A DNA stretch of 64,000 nucleotides from Macrostomum lignano (Eukaryota): NCBI GenBank assembly GCA_002269645.1, contig NIVC01001206.1:271704-335703 (forward strand), written 5' to 3'. The first letter of the stretch is position 1; every line of letters begins with the position of its first letter. The notes below the pieces were generated by a model. It saw only the letters and a program-made list of their open reading frames with translations. It was not told the origin of the DNA and ran no database searches. The translations under genes and the position numbers were made by a program. Shown piece after piece: positions 42,886 through 56,000 of this stretch.

Positions 42886-43772
42886 TTCCGCGAGCTGCGA
42901 CGTGCCCAAGAATCTAGGCTTTTTCTAGTACTTTTGCATGCTCGATGTTCTTTCACGCGTCACTGAATATCCAACGAATTGTTTAATTAACTTCTTCTTG
43001 TGACAGCGTCAGGAAATAGCTGTTTGCTGAGCTCGTAAATTCTGACAGGCTGATATGGTTTTCCGTTTCACTGGAATTAGTGGAAATGAATTGAATCACT
43101 TCCTTTTTAAAAGTACAGAAGTCTGGCACCTATCTCGTATATGCATGGTTCGCGCTATGCCTTGCTATTCCTATTCGTACGGGTTCCATTGAACCCTACA
43201 TACATGTATCTTTCTAATCGATTTCCTTATCGTTCTGGTTCTGGCAATATACGAATAGGTCGTAGATAGCTCTTATTTCAACTCCCCTGCCACGTTACTT
43301 GAGAGCTTGCGATATGTTTGTAAATATAGAGCAAGTTGAACTTGTATAGTATACAGTTTTTACTCAATGAGCAACTGAAATCAGCTACTTTTGTATTTTC
43401 CATTAATTTCAATTTTTTCCAACTCTAGAACTTGGAAGCTTCTTCAGAACTAAGCAAAAGTTCCCCTTGTCAGTCTATTTCGCGAGCGTGTACTTGCTGT
43501 ATATTGTGCTTGTGGCCCTTGGACGGCCGTATCGCGGGGTTTACAGTAAAAACCAGTTCACTCACTGGCTGGGGCAAGTCTAAAAATAGATGGCCTACTA
43601 AGTCCTTCAAGTGACCTCAGCACGCGTCTAGCAGGAGGGGAAGGCATGACAATATAAAAAAGCTGTGCAGCATTTGGGTAAAGCATAACACAGGTAGAGA
43701 AACTGGTTAGTTCTAGCCTCACTATACTCGTTTGCTTCTCTTAATTATTTTTCTAGCCTGCCTCAGTGGCTC

Positions 43773-43881
43773 TATAAAAGACAATACTAAACCGTGCGTG
43801 CGTCAGGGAGCAAGCAAAGCAGTCTGCAAAACAAGCCGTGACCCCAGCTAAGGTTTGAAACTCAACGCATACTTTGCAAAG
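43773..43881 (+). promoter_or_regulatory. Candidate TATA/Inr promoter and non-coding first exon of pyruvate carboxylase
   Basis: TATAAAAG at 43773, TCAG at 43803-43806 (~30 nt downstream), donor AAAG|GTAATA at 43882. A second candidate 5' exon ends AACG|GTAAGT at ~44372. Confidence 0.45.
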
Positions 43882-44919
43882 GTAATAAGGCTTCTAAATT
43901 TTACTTTGATTTTGTATTAATTCCATACTCGCATCATCTGCGAAGTACTGGCGATTTTTTAATCCGGATTTTCTCCGGTTCTAGCCGCGTTCTTTTTCCC
44001 ACGATCGATGCCCCTCAGTCTCCTGCTCTTTCCTGTATATATGAACAGGAGACGAGAAACTGAGTACAGCGTACTGTACAGCACACTGTACACTCAGCTA
44101 ATGTGTGATTGCGACAGGAAGTACCGCTCTCGGTCGAGAATTTTCATCCTCTTGCCCCTTCCCTCTCTCTCTCTCTCTTCCCCCCAGTCCACCCCTAGGG
44201 CCTCCTGTATTCCCGATTCCCATCCCCTCGTCCTCTAACAGAGAATTATAAGACGCCGAACAGAGGCAGCCTTCCCCGACTTAACCAGCGACTCTCATAG
44301 AGATACCAAGTTTACTTATCCGCCAAGGAATAAGAATAACTCTGTCGTAAAATATATCTTTTTCGTTGAACGGTAAGTGGAAGAATAGAAATTAAATTAC
44401 ATTGTGTGCTTGAAATGAATATACGGTAGCTTTTACGTAGCTTTTACGGTAGCTTAGCTTCTTACATTTGTTATTAAAATGCACTCAGTATAGGAATGGA
44501 ATTATTAGTCCAAACTTACTATATTTCTTTGCCCAACGCAAAAAACACATTGAGTGAGCAAATGCTTACCAAATGTGGGCCGAAAGTGTAGGCAAAGGTC
44601 CTAGAAAGGGTTGTGCATTGGAAAGAATAACAGACACCTTCGCAAATTTAACAGCAGACATCTGATTCATCTACTTATACTAGAAATGTGAACATTTTAG
44701 TACTATAAAATCAGTTTGCGGATTTATTCAGTAAATTCTAGCCCGGTTAGTGAACTGACATTCAATCCGAGGTGTAATGAAATATTTTACCTGTCCCAAT
44801 CAAGTTTTAGTGATTTTAAGTGAAATGCGAATAATCAAATATTATTATCAAATAGGCAGGATGATTTTTATTACTTTCTTACCAAATTTTACCGACCCAA
44901 TCAAAGCCAGGAAGCCCAA

Positions 44920-47900
44920 ATGTCCGACGACGAGTCCCAGCAGATTGACCACTCCTTCCACTCGCTTCTGGAGTCTAGCAATGAGAAACGCATCTTCAAG
45001 CGCATCCTGGTGGCTAACCGGGGCGAAATTGCCATGCGCATCTACCGGGCCTGCAGCGAGTTGGGCATCCGGTCCATCGGTGTCTACAGCGAGGTGGACA
45101 CGATGCACATGCACCGCACCATGGCCGATGAGAGCTACCTGATTGGCAAGGGCTTGCCGCCTGTGCAAGCCTATCTAAACATACCGACTATAGTGCAGGT
45201 GGCCAAGGAGACTGGCGCGGACGCCGTGCACCCAGGCTACGGATTCCTGTCGGAGAGTGCGGAGTTTGCGCAAGCCTGCAACGACGCTGGAATAGTGTTC
45301 ATCGGGCCAAAGCCTGAGACTGTGGCTCTACTTGGAGACAAGGTTTGTGCGCTTTTTTGTTCGACTAACACTGGCTATTCCAAGTTAGTTTTTTATGAAA
45401 AGCATTAGGATTCGATCCGCCACTCTTCACTGAAAACTAACTCAGGTGAAAGCCCGTGCCGCTTCCGTCGCCGCCGGTGTCCCCGTGGTGCCCGGCTCGC
45501 CCGGGCCAATCCAAAGCGCTAAGGAGGTGACCGATTTCTGCGCCGAGCATGGCTTCCCGGTCATCCTTAAGGCGGCCTTCGGCGGTGGCGGCCGCGGCAT
45601 GCGAATTGTACGCCGCGCCGAGGATCTCGTTGAATCGTTCGAGCGGGCCACTTCTGAGGCGAAGGCGGCGTTCGGAAACGGGTCCATGTTTGTGGAGCGC
45701 TACGTGGAGAATGCAAGGCACATTGAGGTGAGCATATGCCATATTAGCTGTATGAAGTTTTATACTACAGACGGAGGGTTGATTGGCTCTCCTTCAACGC
45801 ATTATGAACTCTTTAGGGTTTAGCCGTTTTACTGACATGTGATTTGCTGGTTTGACAAGTGACATTCTAAATCTTCTCTACAGATACAAATCCTAGCTGA
45901 CAGCAAGGGAAACGTTGTTCACCTGCACGAGCGCGACTGTTCGGTTCAACGTCGCCACCAGAAGGTAGTGGAAATCGCCCCTGCTCCGTACTTGGACCCT
46001 GCGGTGGCAGCGGCCATTGCAGGCGACGCTGTGAAGCTCATGCGCCACGTAGGCTATCAGAATGCCGGCACTGTGGAGTTCCTCTATGAGCAGCACACTG
46101 GACAGCACTTCTTCATGGAGGTTAACCCGCGAATCCAGGTCGAGCACACTGTCACTGAGGAGGTCACTGGAGTCGATATTGTGCGCAAGCAGGTGAGATT
46201 AACACAGTCGCAGAGCATCTGAATTTAAACCTAAAGCTGATATATTACCATTTTCTTCTTGGTTCAGTTTCTTTCTGGTCGCTTGATAATATCTACACAT
46301 CGCGTTTGTTGTAATAAGCAGTCCAAACCGTGTCAGCTTACATTGGCAAGCCGATTCCCTCTAGCACTAACCATTGCTTTTTATTTCACTCCAACCCCCT
46401 GTCCTTTCTAGATCCGCATAGCCGAGGGCTACACGCTGGCTCAGCAGGACATCAGTCAGGAATCAGTCAAAGTCAACGGCTTCGCTATGCAGTGCCGCAT
46501 CACCACCGAGGATCCGCACCGGGGCTTCCAGCCTGACTCTGGCCGCCTGGAAGACTTCCGCCCCGGCCTGGGCATCGGCATCCGGCTGGACTCGGCCAGC
46601 GCCTACGCTGGCGCAATCATCTCGCCCTACTACGACAGCCTGCTCTGCAAGGTGATCGTCAAGGCAAGCAACTTCCACGACTGCGTGGTGAAAACGTACC
46701 GCTGCCTTGGAGAGTTTCGCATACGCGGCGTCAAGACCAACATACCGTTTTTGCGAAACCTGCTGAACTGCTCGGAGTTCCTTTCTGGCCCAGTCAGCAC
46801 CGGCTTTCTGGACCGCAATCCGCAGCTGGTAAAGCAGAAGACATCTAAAAACAAGGCCCAGCGCCTGCTGTTCTTTATTGGTGAGTGCGGGGAATTAATG
46901 AGTCATGTAGAATGTGTCTATAGGCAGTGGGTATCACCACATAAAACGTGCTACTACTAAATTTCATCCACAGCCGAGACGCTGGTGAATGGACCAACAA
47001 CTCCGATAAGTAACAAGGATATCCGCATTCCCGAAGTGAATCCACCGGTGCCGGATATTGACTATTGTAAGTAATGTATTTTTCTATTTCCTTTCTTCTG
47101 AATTCAAAATGCAAAGATACGACCCTAAATGTCGGGAAGCACAGGGGTGCAGTTTTGGTCACTTGTACTCATATTTTTGGCTTTTTGCCCTCTGCCAGAT
47201 AAAATTTTCAGTACTTAGTCGCCAGCTTAGTATGAGGATTTTAGTATATGGATTTATATACGTAAGTTGCTTTAATTGAACAGAATTTTGTGATATCCCG
47301 ATAAAAAAAGACTCGTATGTTTCCAACTACTTCAGCCTCCAGCTGCCCCCCCGGTTGGCGGCAGATTCTGCTTAAAGAGGGACCTGAGGCCTTTGCCAAG
47401 GCCATCCTGCGTCATCCGACTGTTCTCCTCACGGACACCACGATGCGCGACGCCCACCAGTCGCTACTGGCTACTCGAGTTCGAACTCACGACCTCATCA
47501 AGATTGCTCCCTTTGTAGCCAGACGCATGGAGAATCTACTTTCACTCGAGTGCTGGGGCGGCGCCACCTTTGATGTGGCCATGCGCTTTCTGCACGAGTG
47601 CCCGTGGGATCGACTTGAGGAGCTGCGGAAGAGGATCCCTAATATCCCGTTTCAGATGCTGCTACGCGGCGCGAACGCTGTTGGCTACACCAACTACCCG
47701 GACAACGTGGTGTACAAGTTCTGCGAGGAGGCTGTCAAGTCCGGCATGGACATATTTCGCGTTTTTGATTGTCTTAACTACATACCAAACATGGTTGTTG
47801 GTATGGACGCTGTGCGCAAAGCCGGCGGCGTGGTCGAAGCCGCGTTGTGCTACACGGGAGACGTCACCCGTTCGGAAAAGTACACCTTGCAGTACTATTT

Positions 47901-49266
47901 GGACACTGCGGAGCAGCTTGTGCGCGCCGGGACGCATATCTTAGCCATCAAAGACATGGCTGGCTTGCTGAAGCCCGATGGAGCGCGCCTGTTGGTGCGC
48001 GCTCTGAAGACAAAGTTCCCGGACTACCCGCTGCACGTGCACACACACGACACAGCTGGAGCCGGAGTGGCCACGCTACTCGCCTGTGCCGAAGCTGGCG
48101 CCGACATAATTGACGCCGCCGTCGACTCAATGAGCGGAATAACTTCGCAGCCGTCGATGGGTGCCCTGGTGGCCTGTCTGGGCGGCAACGGTGGGGGTCT
48201 CCGAATGCCGGACGTGACGCAGTACAGCTCCTACTGGGAGTTGACCCGACGTCTTTACGCCAACTTTGAGTGCACGAGCACTATGCGTAGCGGAAATGCT
48301 GACGTCTACGAGAACCAGATCCCGGGTGGACAGTATACCAACCTGCAGTTTCAGTCCATGAGCCTTGGACTCGCTGATCAGTTTGAACTGGTCAAGAAAA
48401 GATTTTCCGAGGCCAACCAACTGCTTGGTGACATTATCAAGGTGACTCCGAGCTCGAAGATTGTGGGAGACCTGGCCCAGTTTATGGTGCAGAACGGCCT
48501 GTCTTATAATGATGTTCTTGAGAGGGCTTCTGACCTCTCTTTTCCAACGTCTGTTATCGAGTTTTTTGACGGTCACGTCGGACAGCCGTACGGCGGCTTC
48601 CCTCCCAAGCTGGCGGCCGCTGTTCTTAAGGGTCGCCCGCCGACCTACACTGACCGACCGGGCGCCAAGATGCCACCATTCGACTTCGATGCGCTTCGTG
48701 AGCGTTTAAATGAGAAGTTCAGCGATCTTCACATCACGGAGAAGGATTTGATTAGCTCTGCACTGTATCCCCGCATGCACGAGCAGTTTATGATTAACCG
48801 TCGTCTATACGGTCCGGTATGGTTGCTAGATACGCGAGTGTTCTTCCAGGGCCCCAAGACGGCTGAGGAGCTGGAGATCCAGCTGCATCAAGGCAAGACG
48901 ATGTATGTCAAGCCACTGGCCGTGGCTGGCGTGGACAAGCGTGGCCAGCGAGAGTGCTTCTTCGAGGTCAACGGTCAGCAGCGGGTCGTTTACGTGACCG
49001 ACCGCGAGGCCTCTAAGGACATCATCATTCGCCCGAAGGCCGACCAGAACAACAAGGGCTCCGTCGGTTCGCCGATGCCTGGCGAGATTCTCGCTATCAA
49101 GGTTAAACAGGGCGACGCTGTTGAGAAAGGCCAGGCTCTGATAGTGGTGTCCGCTATGAAAATGGAGCTGGTCGTTTCGGCTCCTATAACCGGCAAAGTG
49201 AAATCTGTGTACGTGACGGTCAAGGACAAGGTGGAAGGCAACGACCTGGTGATGGACCTCGAGTGA
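44920..49266 (+). CDS. PC: Pyruvate carboxylase, 6 coding exons: 44920-45342, 45446-45727, 45884-46192, 46412-46880, 46974-47066, 47336-49266; ~1168 aa
   Basis: Biotin carboxylase motifs [60 protein letters not shown]. Carboxyltransferase motifs [38 protein letters not shown]. Biotinyl domain SAMKMEL. All GT-AG joins are in frame (phases 0,0,0,1,1). Confidence 0.97.
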
Positions 49267-50066
49267 ATGACTATTCTAAGTAGATTGGGACCGACAGACG
49301 GTTTTGACTCTACTAGATTTGTAGTGTGTTAGCTGTTCATTTAGATTTTGCACAGTTATAACTCGACCGATCCAGTTTTCCATCGTCATGTAGCCTTCAA
49401 GACAACAATTTTTTTCAGTAGCAAGTTTTTTACAAAAAAAAATATTTGGCTCATCTACGAAGGCTCCTCGGTGAGCGTTAAATTAGATAGTTTTCATTTC
49501 CATCTGTTATTGCAAAATCTTGCCGTTCGTGAAGCATACTGTAGATTTTTGTTGGTATGATGGCATGCCATATTTTGACATTTTTATGATGGGTAGATGC
49601 TACATATTAGCTAGATGCTCTTTTTTAATTTAGTTTTAGTCTTTAGACTTAGCCAATTCCAGCAAAGCAATGCAGCTTTTTCGACTAACGTCTTGTTAAC
49701 TAGCTTGGAATTAGTTACTTTCTATTAACTCTTATATTCACACGTATTAGTAATCTCATTGCCGTTCTATCATTGTTTATCGAACAAAGTACCCCACGCC
49801 TGTTATAATAGCTTTTTTGAAGTAACTATCCCATTGATAGTTATCCTTTTTGATTTAATCGCTACATTGAAGAGTAGACACAAGGTAGTTGCCGTGCGAT
49901 CTAGCTTTTAGCAGTGCACCAACAATTTCGCGTAGGAATTTTCCATAATCAATCAAATAGATCCGAAAAAAACTGCTTAGCCTTCGTTGTTTTAGTAAAC
50001 CGATTTTTTAGTTTGTCTTAATATATACACTACGTTATACGTTATTATACGTTACACTACGAAACT

Positions 50067-53000
50067 TTGAGAATGACAGCCCGGTAACCTGCTTGTTTGA
50101 GAACGATGACCTGCTTGTTTGAGAACGATGACCTGCTTGTTTGAGAACGATGACCTGCTTGTTTGAGAACGATGACCTGCTTGTTTGAGAACGATGACCT
50201 GCTTGTTTGAGAACGATGACCTGCTTGTTTGAGAACGATGACCTGCTTGTTTGAGAACGATGACCTGCTTGTTTGAGAACGATGACCTGCTTGTTTGAGA
50301 ATGATGACCTGTTTGTTTGAGAATGATGACCCGCTTGTTTGAGAACGATGACCTGCTTGTTTGAGAATGATGACCTGTTTGTTTGAGAATGATGACCCGC
50401 TTGTTTGAGAACGATGACCTGCTTGTTTGAGAATGATGACCCGCTTGTTTGAGAACGATGACCTGCTTGTTTGAGAATGATGACCCGCTTGTTTGAGAAC
50501 GATGACCTGCTTGTTTGAGAATGATGACCTGTTTGTTTGAGAATGATGACCCGCTTGTTTGAGAACGATGACCTGCTTGTTTAAGAATGATGACCTGTTT
50601 GTTTGAGAATGGTGACCCGCTTGTTTGAGAACGATGACCTGCTTGTTTAAGAATGATGACCCGCTTGTTTAAGAACGATTACCTGCTTGTTAAGGAATGA
50701 TGACCCGCTTGCTTGAGAATGATGACCTGCTTCTTAAAGAATGATGACCCGCTTGTTTAAGAATGATGACCTGCTTGTTTGAGAACGATGGCCTGCTTGT
50801 TTGAGAACGATGACCTGCTTGTTTGAGAATGATGACCTGCTTGTTTGAGAACGATGACCCGCTTGTTTAAGAATGATGACCCGCTTGTTTGAGAACAATG
50901 ACCTGCTTGTTAAAGAATGATGACCCGCTTGTTTAAGAATGATGACCCGCTTGTTTAAGAACAATGACCTGCTTGTTAAAGAATGATGACCCGCTTGCTT
51001 GAGAATGATGACCTGCTTGTTAAAGAATGATGACCCGCTTGTTTAAGAATGATGACCCGCTTGTTTAAGAACGATGACCTGCTTGTTAAATAATGATGAC
51101 CCGCTTGTTTAAGAATGATGACCCGCTTGTTTAAGAATGATGACCCGCTTGTTTAAGAATGATGAACGCTTGTTTAAGAATGATGACGTGTTCGTTTGAG
51201 AATGATGACCCGCTTGTTTAGGAATGATGACCCGCTTGCTTGAGAATGATGACCCGCTTGTTTGAGAATGATGACCTGCTTGTTTGAGAATGATGACCCG
51301 CTTGTTTGAGAACGATGACCTGCTTGTTAAAGAATGATGACCCGCTTGCTTGAGAATGATGACCTGCTTCTTAAAGAATGATGACCCGCTTGTTTAAGAA
51401 TGATGACCCGCTTGCTTGAGAATGATGGCCTGCTTGTTTGAGAATGATGACCCGCTTGTTTAAGAATGATGACCCGCTTGCTTGAGAATGATGACCTGCT
51501 TGTTAAAGAATGATGACCCGCTTGTTTAAGAATGATGACCCGCTTGTTTAAGAACGATGACCTGCTTGTTAAAGAATGATGACCCGCTTGTTTAAGAATG
51601 ATGACCCGCTTGTTTAAAAATGATGACCCGCTTGTTTGAGAATGATGACCTGCTTGTTTGAGAATGATGACCCGCTTGTTTAAGAATGATGGCCTGCTTG
51701 TTTGAGAATGATGGCCTGCTTGCTTGAGAATGATGACCTGCTTGTTTGAGAATGATGACCTGCTTCTTAAAGAATGATGACCCGCTTGTTTGAGAATGAT
51801 GACCCGCTTGTTTGAGAATGATGGCCTGCTTGTTTGAGAATGATGGCCTGCTTGTTTGAGAATGATGACCTGCTTTTTGAGAATGATGACCTGCTTGTTT
51901 GAGAATGATGACCTGCTTGTTTGAGAATGATGACCTGCTTGTTAAAGAATGATGACCCGCTTGTTTGAGAATGATGACCTGCTGCTTGTTTGAGAATGAT
52001 GACCCGCTTGTTTGAGAATGATGACCCGCTTGTTTGAGAACGATGACCTGCTTGTTTGAGAATGATGACCTGCTTGTTAAAGAATGATGACCCGCTTGTT
52101 TGAGAATGATGACCCGCTTGTTTGAGAACGATGACCTGCTTGTTTAAGAATGATGACCCGCTTGTTTAAGAACGATGACCTGCTTGTTAAAGAATGATGA
52201 CCCGCTTGCTTGAGAATGATGACCTGCTTCTTAAAGAATGATGACCCGCTTGTTTAAGAACGATGGCCTGCTTGTTTGAGAACGATGGCCTGCTTGTTTG
52301 AGAACGATGACCTGCTTGTTTGAGAACGATGACCTGCTTGTTTGAGAATGATGACCTGCTTGTTTGAGAATGATGACCTGCTTGTTTGAGAACGATGACC
52401 CGCTTGTTTAAGAATGATGACCCGCTTGTTTGAGAACAATGACCTGCTTGTTAAAGAATGATGACCCGCTTGCTTGAGAATGATGACCTGCTTGTTAAAG
52501 AATGATGACCCGCTTGTTTAAGAATGATGACCCGCTTGTTTAAGAACGATGACCTGCTTGTTAAATAAAGATGACCCGCTTGTTTAAGAATGATGACCCG
52601 CTTGTTTAAGAATGATGACCCGCTTGTTTAAGAATGATGACCGCTTGTTTAAGAATGATGACCCGCTTGTTTAAGAATGATGACGTGTTCGTTTGAGAAT
52701 GATGACCCGCTTGTTTAAGAATGATGACCCGCTTGCTTGAGAATGATGACCCGCTTGTTTGAGAATGATTACCTGCTTGTTTGAGAACGATGACCTGCTT
52801 GTTAAAGAATGATGACCCGCTTGCTTGAGAATGATGACCTGCTTCTTAAAGAATGATGACCCGCTTGTTTGAGAATGATGACCCGCTTGTTTAAGAATGA
52901 TGGCCTGCTTGTTTGAGAATGATGGCCTGCTTGCTTGAGAATGATGACCTGCTTGTTTGAGAATGATGACCTGCTTCTTAAAGAATGATGACCCGCTTGT

Positions 53001-56000
53001 TTGAGAATGATGACCCGCTTGTTTGAGAATGATGGCCTGCTTGTTTGAGAATGATGGCCTGCTTGTTTGAGAATGATGACCTGCTTTTTTGAGAATGATG
53101 ACCCGCTTGTTTAAGAATGATGGCCTGCTTGTTTGAGAATGATGACCTGCTTGTTTGAGAATGATGACCTGCTTGTTTGAGAATGATGACCTGCTTGTTT
53201 GAGAATGATGACCTGCTTGTTTGAGAATGATGACCCGCTTGTTTGAGAATGATGACCCGCTTGTTTAAGAACGATGACCTGCTTGTTAAAGAATGATGAC
53301 CCGCTTGTTTAAGAATGATGACCCGCTTGTTTAAGAATGATGACCCGCTTGTTTAAGAATGATGACCCGCTTGTTTAAGAATGATGACCTGCTTGTTTAA
53401 GAATGATGACGTGTTCGTTTGAGAATGATGACCTGCTTGTTTAAGAATGATGGCCTGCTTGTTTGAGAATGATGACCTGCTTGTTTGAGAATGATGACCC
53501 GCTTGTTTAAGAATGATGACCTGCTTGTTTGAGAATGATGACCCGCTTGTTTAAGAATGATGACCCGCTTGTTTGAGAATGATGACCTGCTGCTTGTTTG
53601 AGAATGATGACCTGCTTGTTTGAGAATGATGACCCGCTTGTTTAAGAATGATGGCCTGCTTGTTTGAGAATGATGACCTGCTTGTTTGAGAATGATGACC
53701 CGCTTGTTTGAGAATGATGACCTGCTTGTTTGAGAATGATGACCCGCTTGTTTAAGAATGATGGCCTGCTTGTTTGAGAATGATGACCTGCTTGTTTGAG
53801 AATGATGACCCGCTTGTTTAAGAATGATGACCTGCTTGTTTGAGAATGATGACCTGCTGCTTGTTTGAGAATGATGACCTGCTTGTTAAAGAATGATGAC
53901 CCGCTTGTTTGAGAATGATGACCCGCTTGTTTGAGAACGATGACCTGCTTGTTTGAGAATGATGACCTGCTTGTTTAAGAACGATGACCCGCTTGTTTGA
54001 GAATGATGACCCGCTTGTTTAAGAATGATGACCTGCTTGTTTGAGAATGATGACCTGCTGCTTGTTTGAGAATGATGACCTGCTTGTTAAAGAATGATGA
54101 CCCGCTTGTTTGAGAATGATGACCCGCTTGTTTGAGAACGATGACCTGCTTGTTTGAGAATGATGACCTGCTTGTTAAAGAATGATGACCCGCTTGCTTG
54201 AGAATGATGACCTGCTTCTTAAAGAATGATGACCCGCTTGTTTAAGAACGATGGCCTGCTTCTTTGAGAACGATGGCCTGCTTGTTTGAGAATGATGACC
54301 TGCTTGTTTGAGAACGATGACCTGCTTGTTTGAGAATGATGACCTGCTTGTTTGAGAATGATGACCTGCTTGTTTGAGAACGATGACCCGCTTGTTTAAG
54401 AATGATGACCCGCTTGTTTGAGAACAATGACCTGCTTGTTAAAGAATGATGACCCGCTTGCTTGAGAATGATGACCTGCTTGTTAAAGAATGATGACCCG
54501 CTTGTTTAAGAATGATGACCCGCTTGTTTAAGAACGATGACCTGCTTGTTAAATGATGACCCGCTTGTTTAAGAATGATGACCCGCTTGTTTAAGAATGA
54601 TGACCCGCTTGTTTAAGAATGATGCCCGCTTGTTTAAGAATGATGACCGCTTGTTTAAGAATGATGACGTGTTGTTTGAGAATGATGACCCGCTTGTTTA
54701 AGAATGATGACCCGCTTGCTTGAGAATGATGACCGCTTGTTTGAGAATGATGACCTGCTTGTTTGAGAACGATGACCTGCTTGTTAAAGAATGATGACCC
54801 GCTTGCTTGAGAATGATGACCTGCTTCTTAAAGAATGATGACCCGCTTGTTTGAGAATGATGACCCGCTTGTTTAAGAATGATGCCTGCTTGTTTGAGAA
54901 TGATGCCTGCTTGCTTGAGAATGATGACCTGCTTGTTTGAGAATGATGACCTGCTTTTAAAGAATGATGACCCGCTTGTTTGAGAATGATGACCCGCTTG
55001 TTTGAGAATGATGCCTGCTTGTTTGAGAATGATGCCTGCTTGTTTGAGAATGATGACCTGCTTTTTGAGAATGATGACCCGCTTGTTTAAGAATGATGGC
55101 CTGCTTGTTTGAGAATGATGACCTGCTTGTTTGAGAATGATGACCTGCTTGTTTGAGAATGATGACCTGCTTGTTTGAGAATGATGACCTGCTGCTTGTT
55201 TGAGAATGATGGCCTGCTTGTTTAAGAATGATGGCCTGCTTGTTTGAGAATGATGACCTGCTTGTTTAAGAATGATGGCCTGCTTGTTTGAGAATGATGA
55301 CCCGCTGCTTGTTTGAGAATGATGACCTGCTTGTTTGAGAATGATGACCTGCTTGTTTGAGAATGATGACCTGCTTGTTTGAGAATGATGACCCTGCTTG
55401 TTTGAGAATGATGACCTGCTTGTTTGAGAATGATGACCTGCTTGTTTGAGAATGATGACCCGCTTGTTTAAGAACGATGACCTGCTTGTTAAAGAATGAT
55501 GACCCGCTTGTTTAAGAATGATGACCCGCTTGCTTGAGAATGATGGCCTGCTTGTTTGAGAATGATGACCTGCTTGTTTGAGAATGATGACCTGCTTGTT
55601 TGAGAATGATGACCCGCTTGTTTGAGAATGATGACCCGCTTGTTTGAGAAAATGATGACCTGCTTGTTAAAGAATGATGACCCGCTTGTTGAGAATGATG
55701 ACCTGCTTGTTAAAGAATGATGACCCGCTTGTTTAAGAATGATGACCCGCTTGTTTAAGAACGATGACCTGCTTGTTAAATGATGACCCGCTTGTTTAAG
55801 AATGATGACCCGCTTGTTTAAGAATGATGACCCGCTTGTTTAAGAATGATGACCCGCTTGTTTAAGAATGATGACCCGCTTGTTTAAGAATGATGACCCG
55901 CTTGTTTGAGAATGATGACCCGCTTGTTTAAGAATGATGACCCGCTTGTTTGAGAATGATGACCGCTTGTTTGAGAATGATGACCTGCTTGTTTGAGAAT

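Noticed and set aside
44777-49241. Many alternative-frame and antisense ORFs over pyruvate carboxylase (and 1518-1875 over Prdx6, 23130-23608 over PIAS)
   Set aside because: Shadow ORFs expected from GC-rich codon bias of the real gene.
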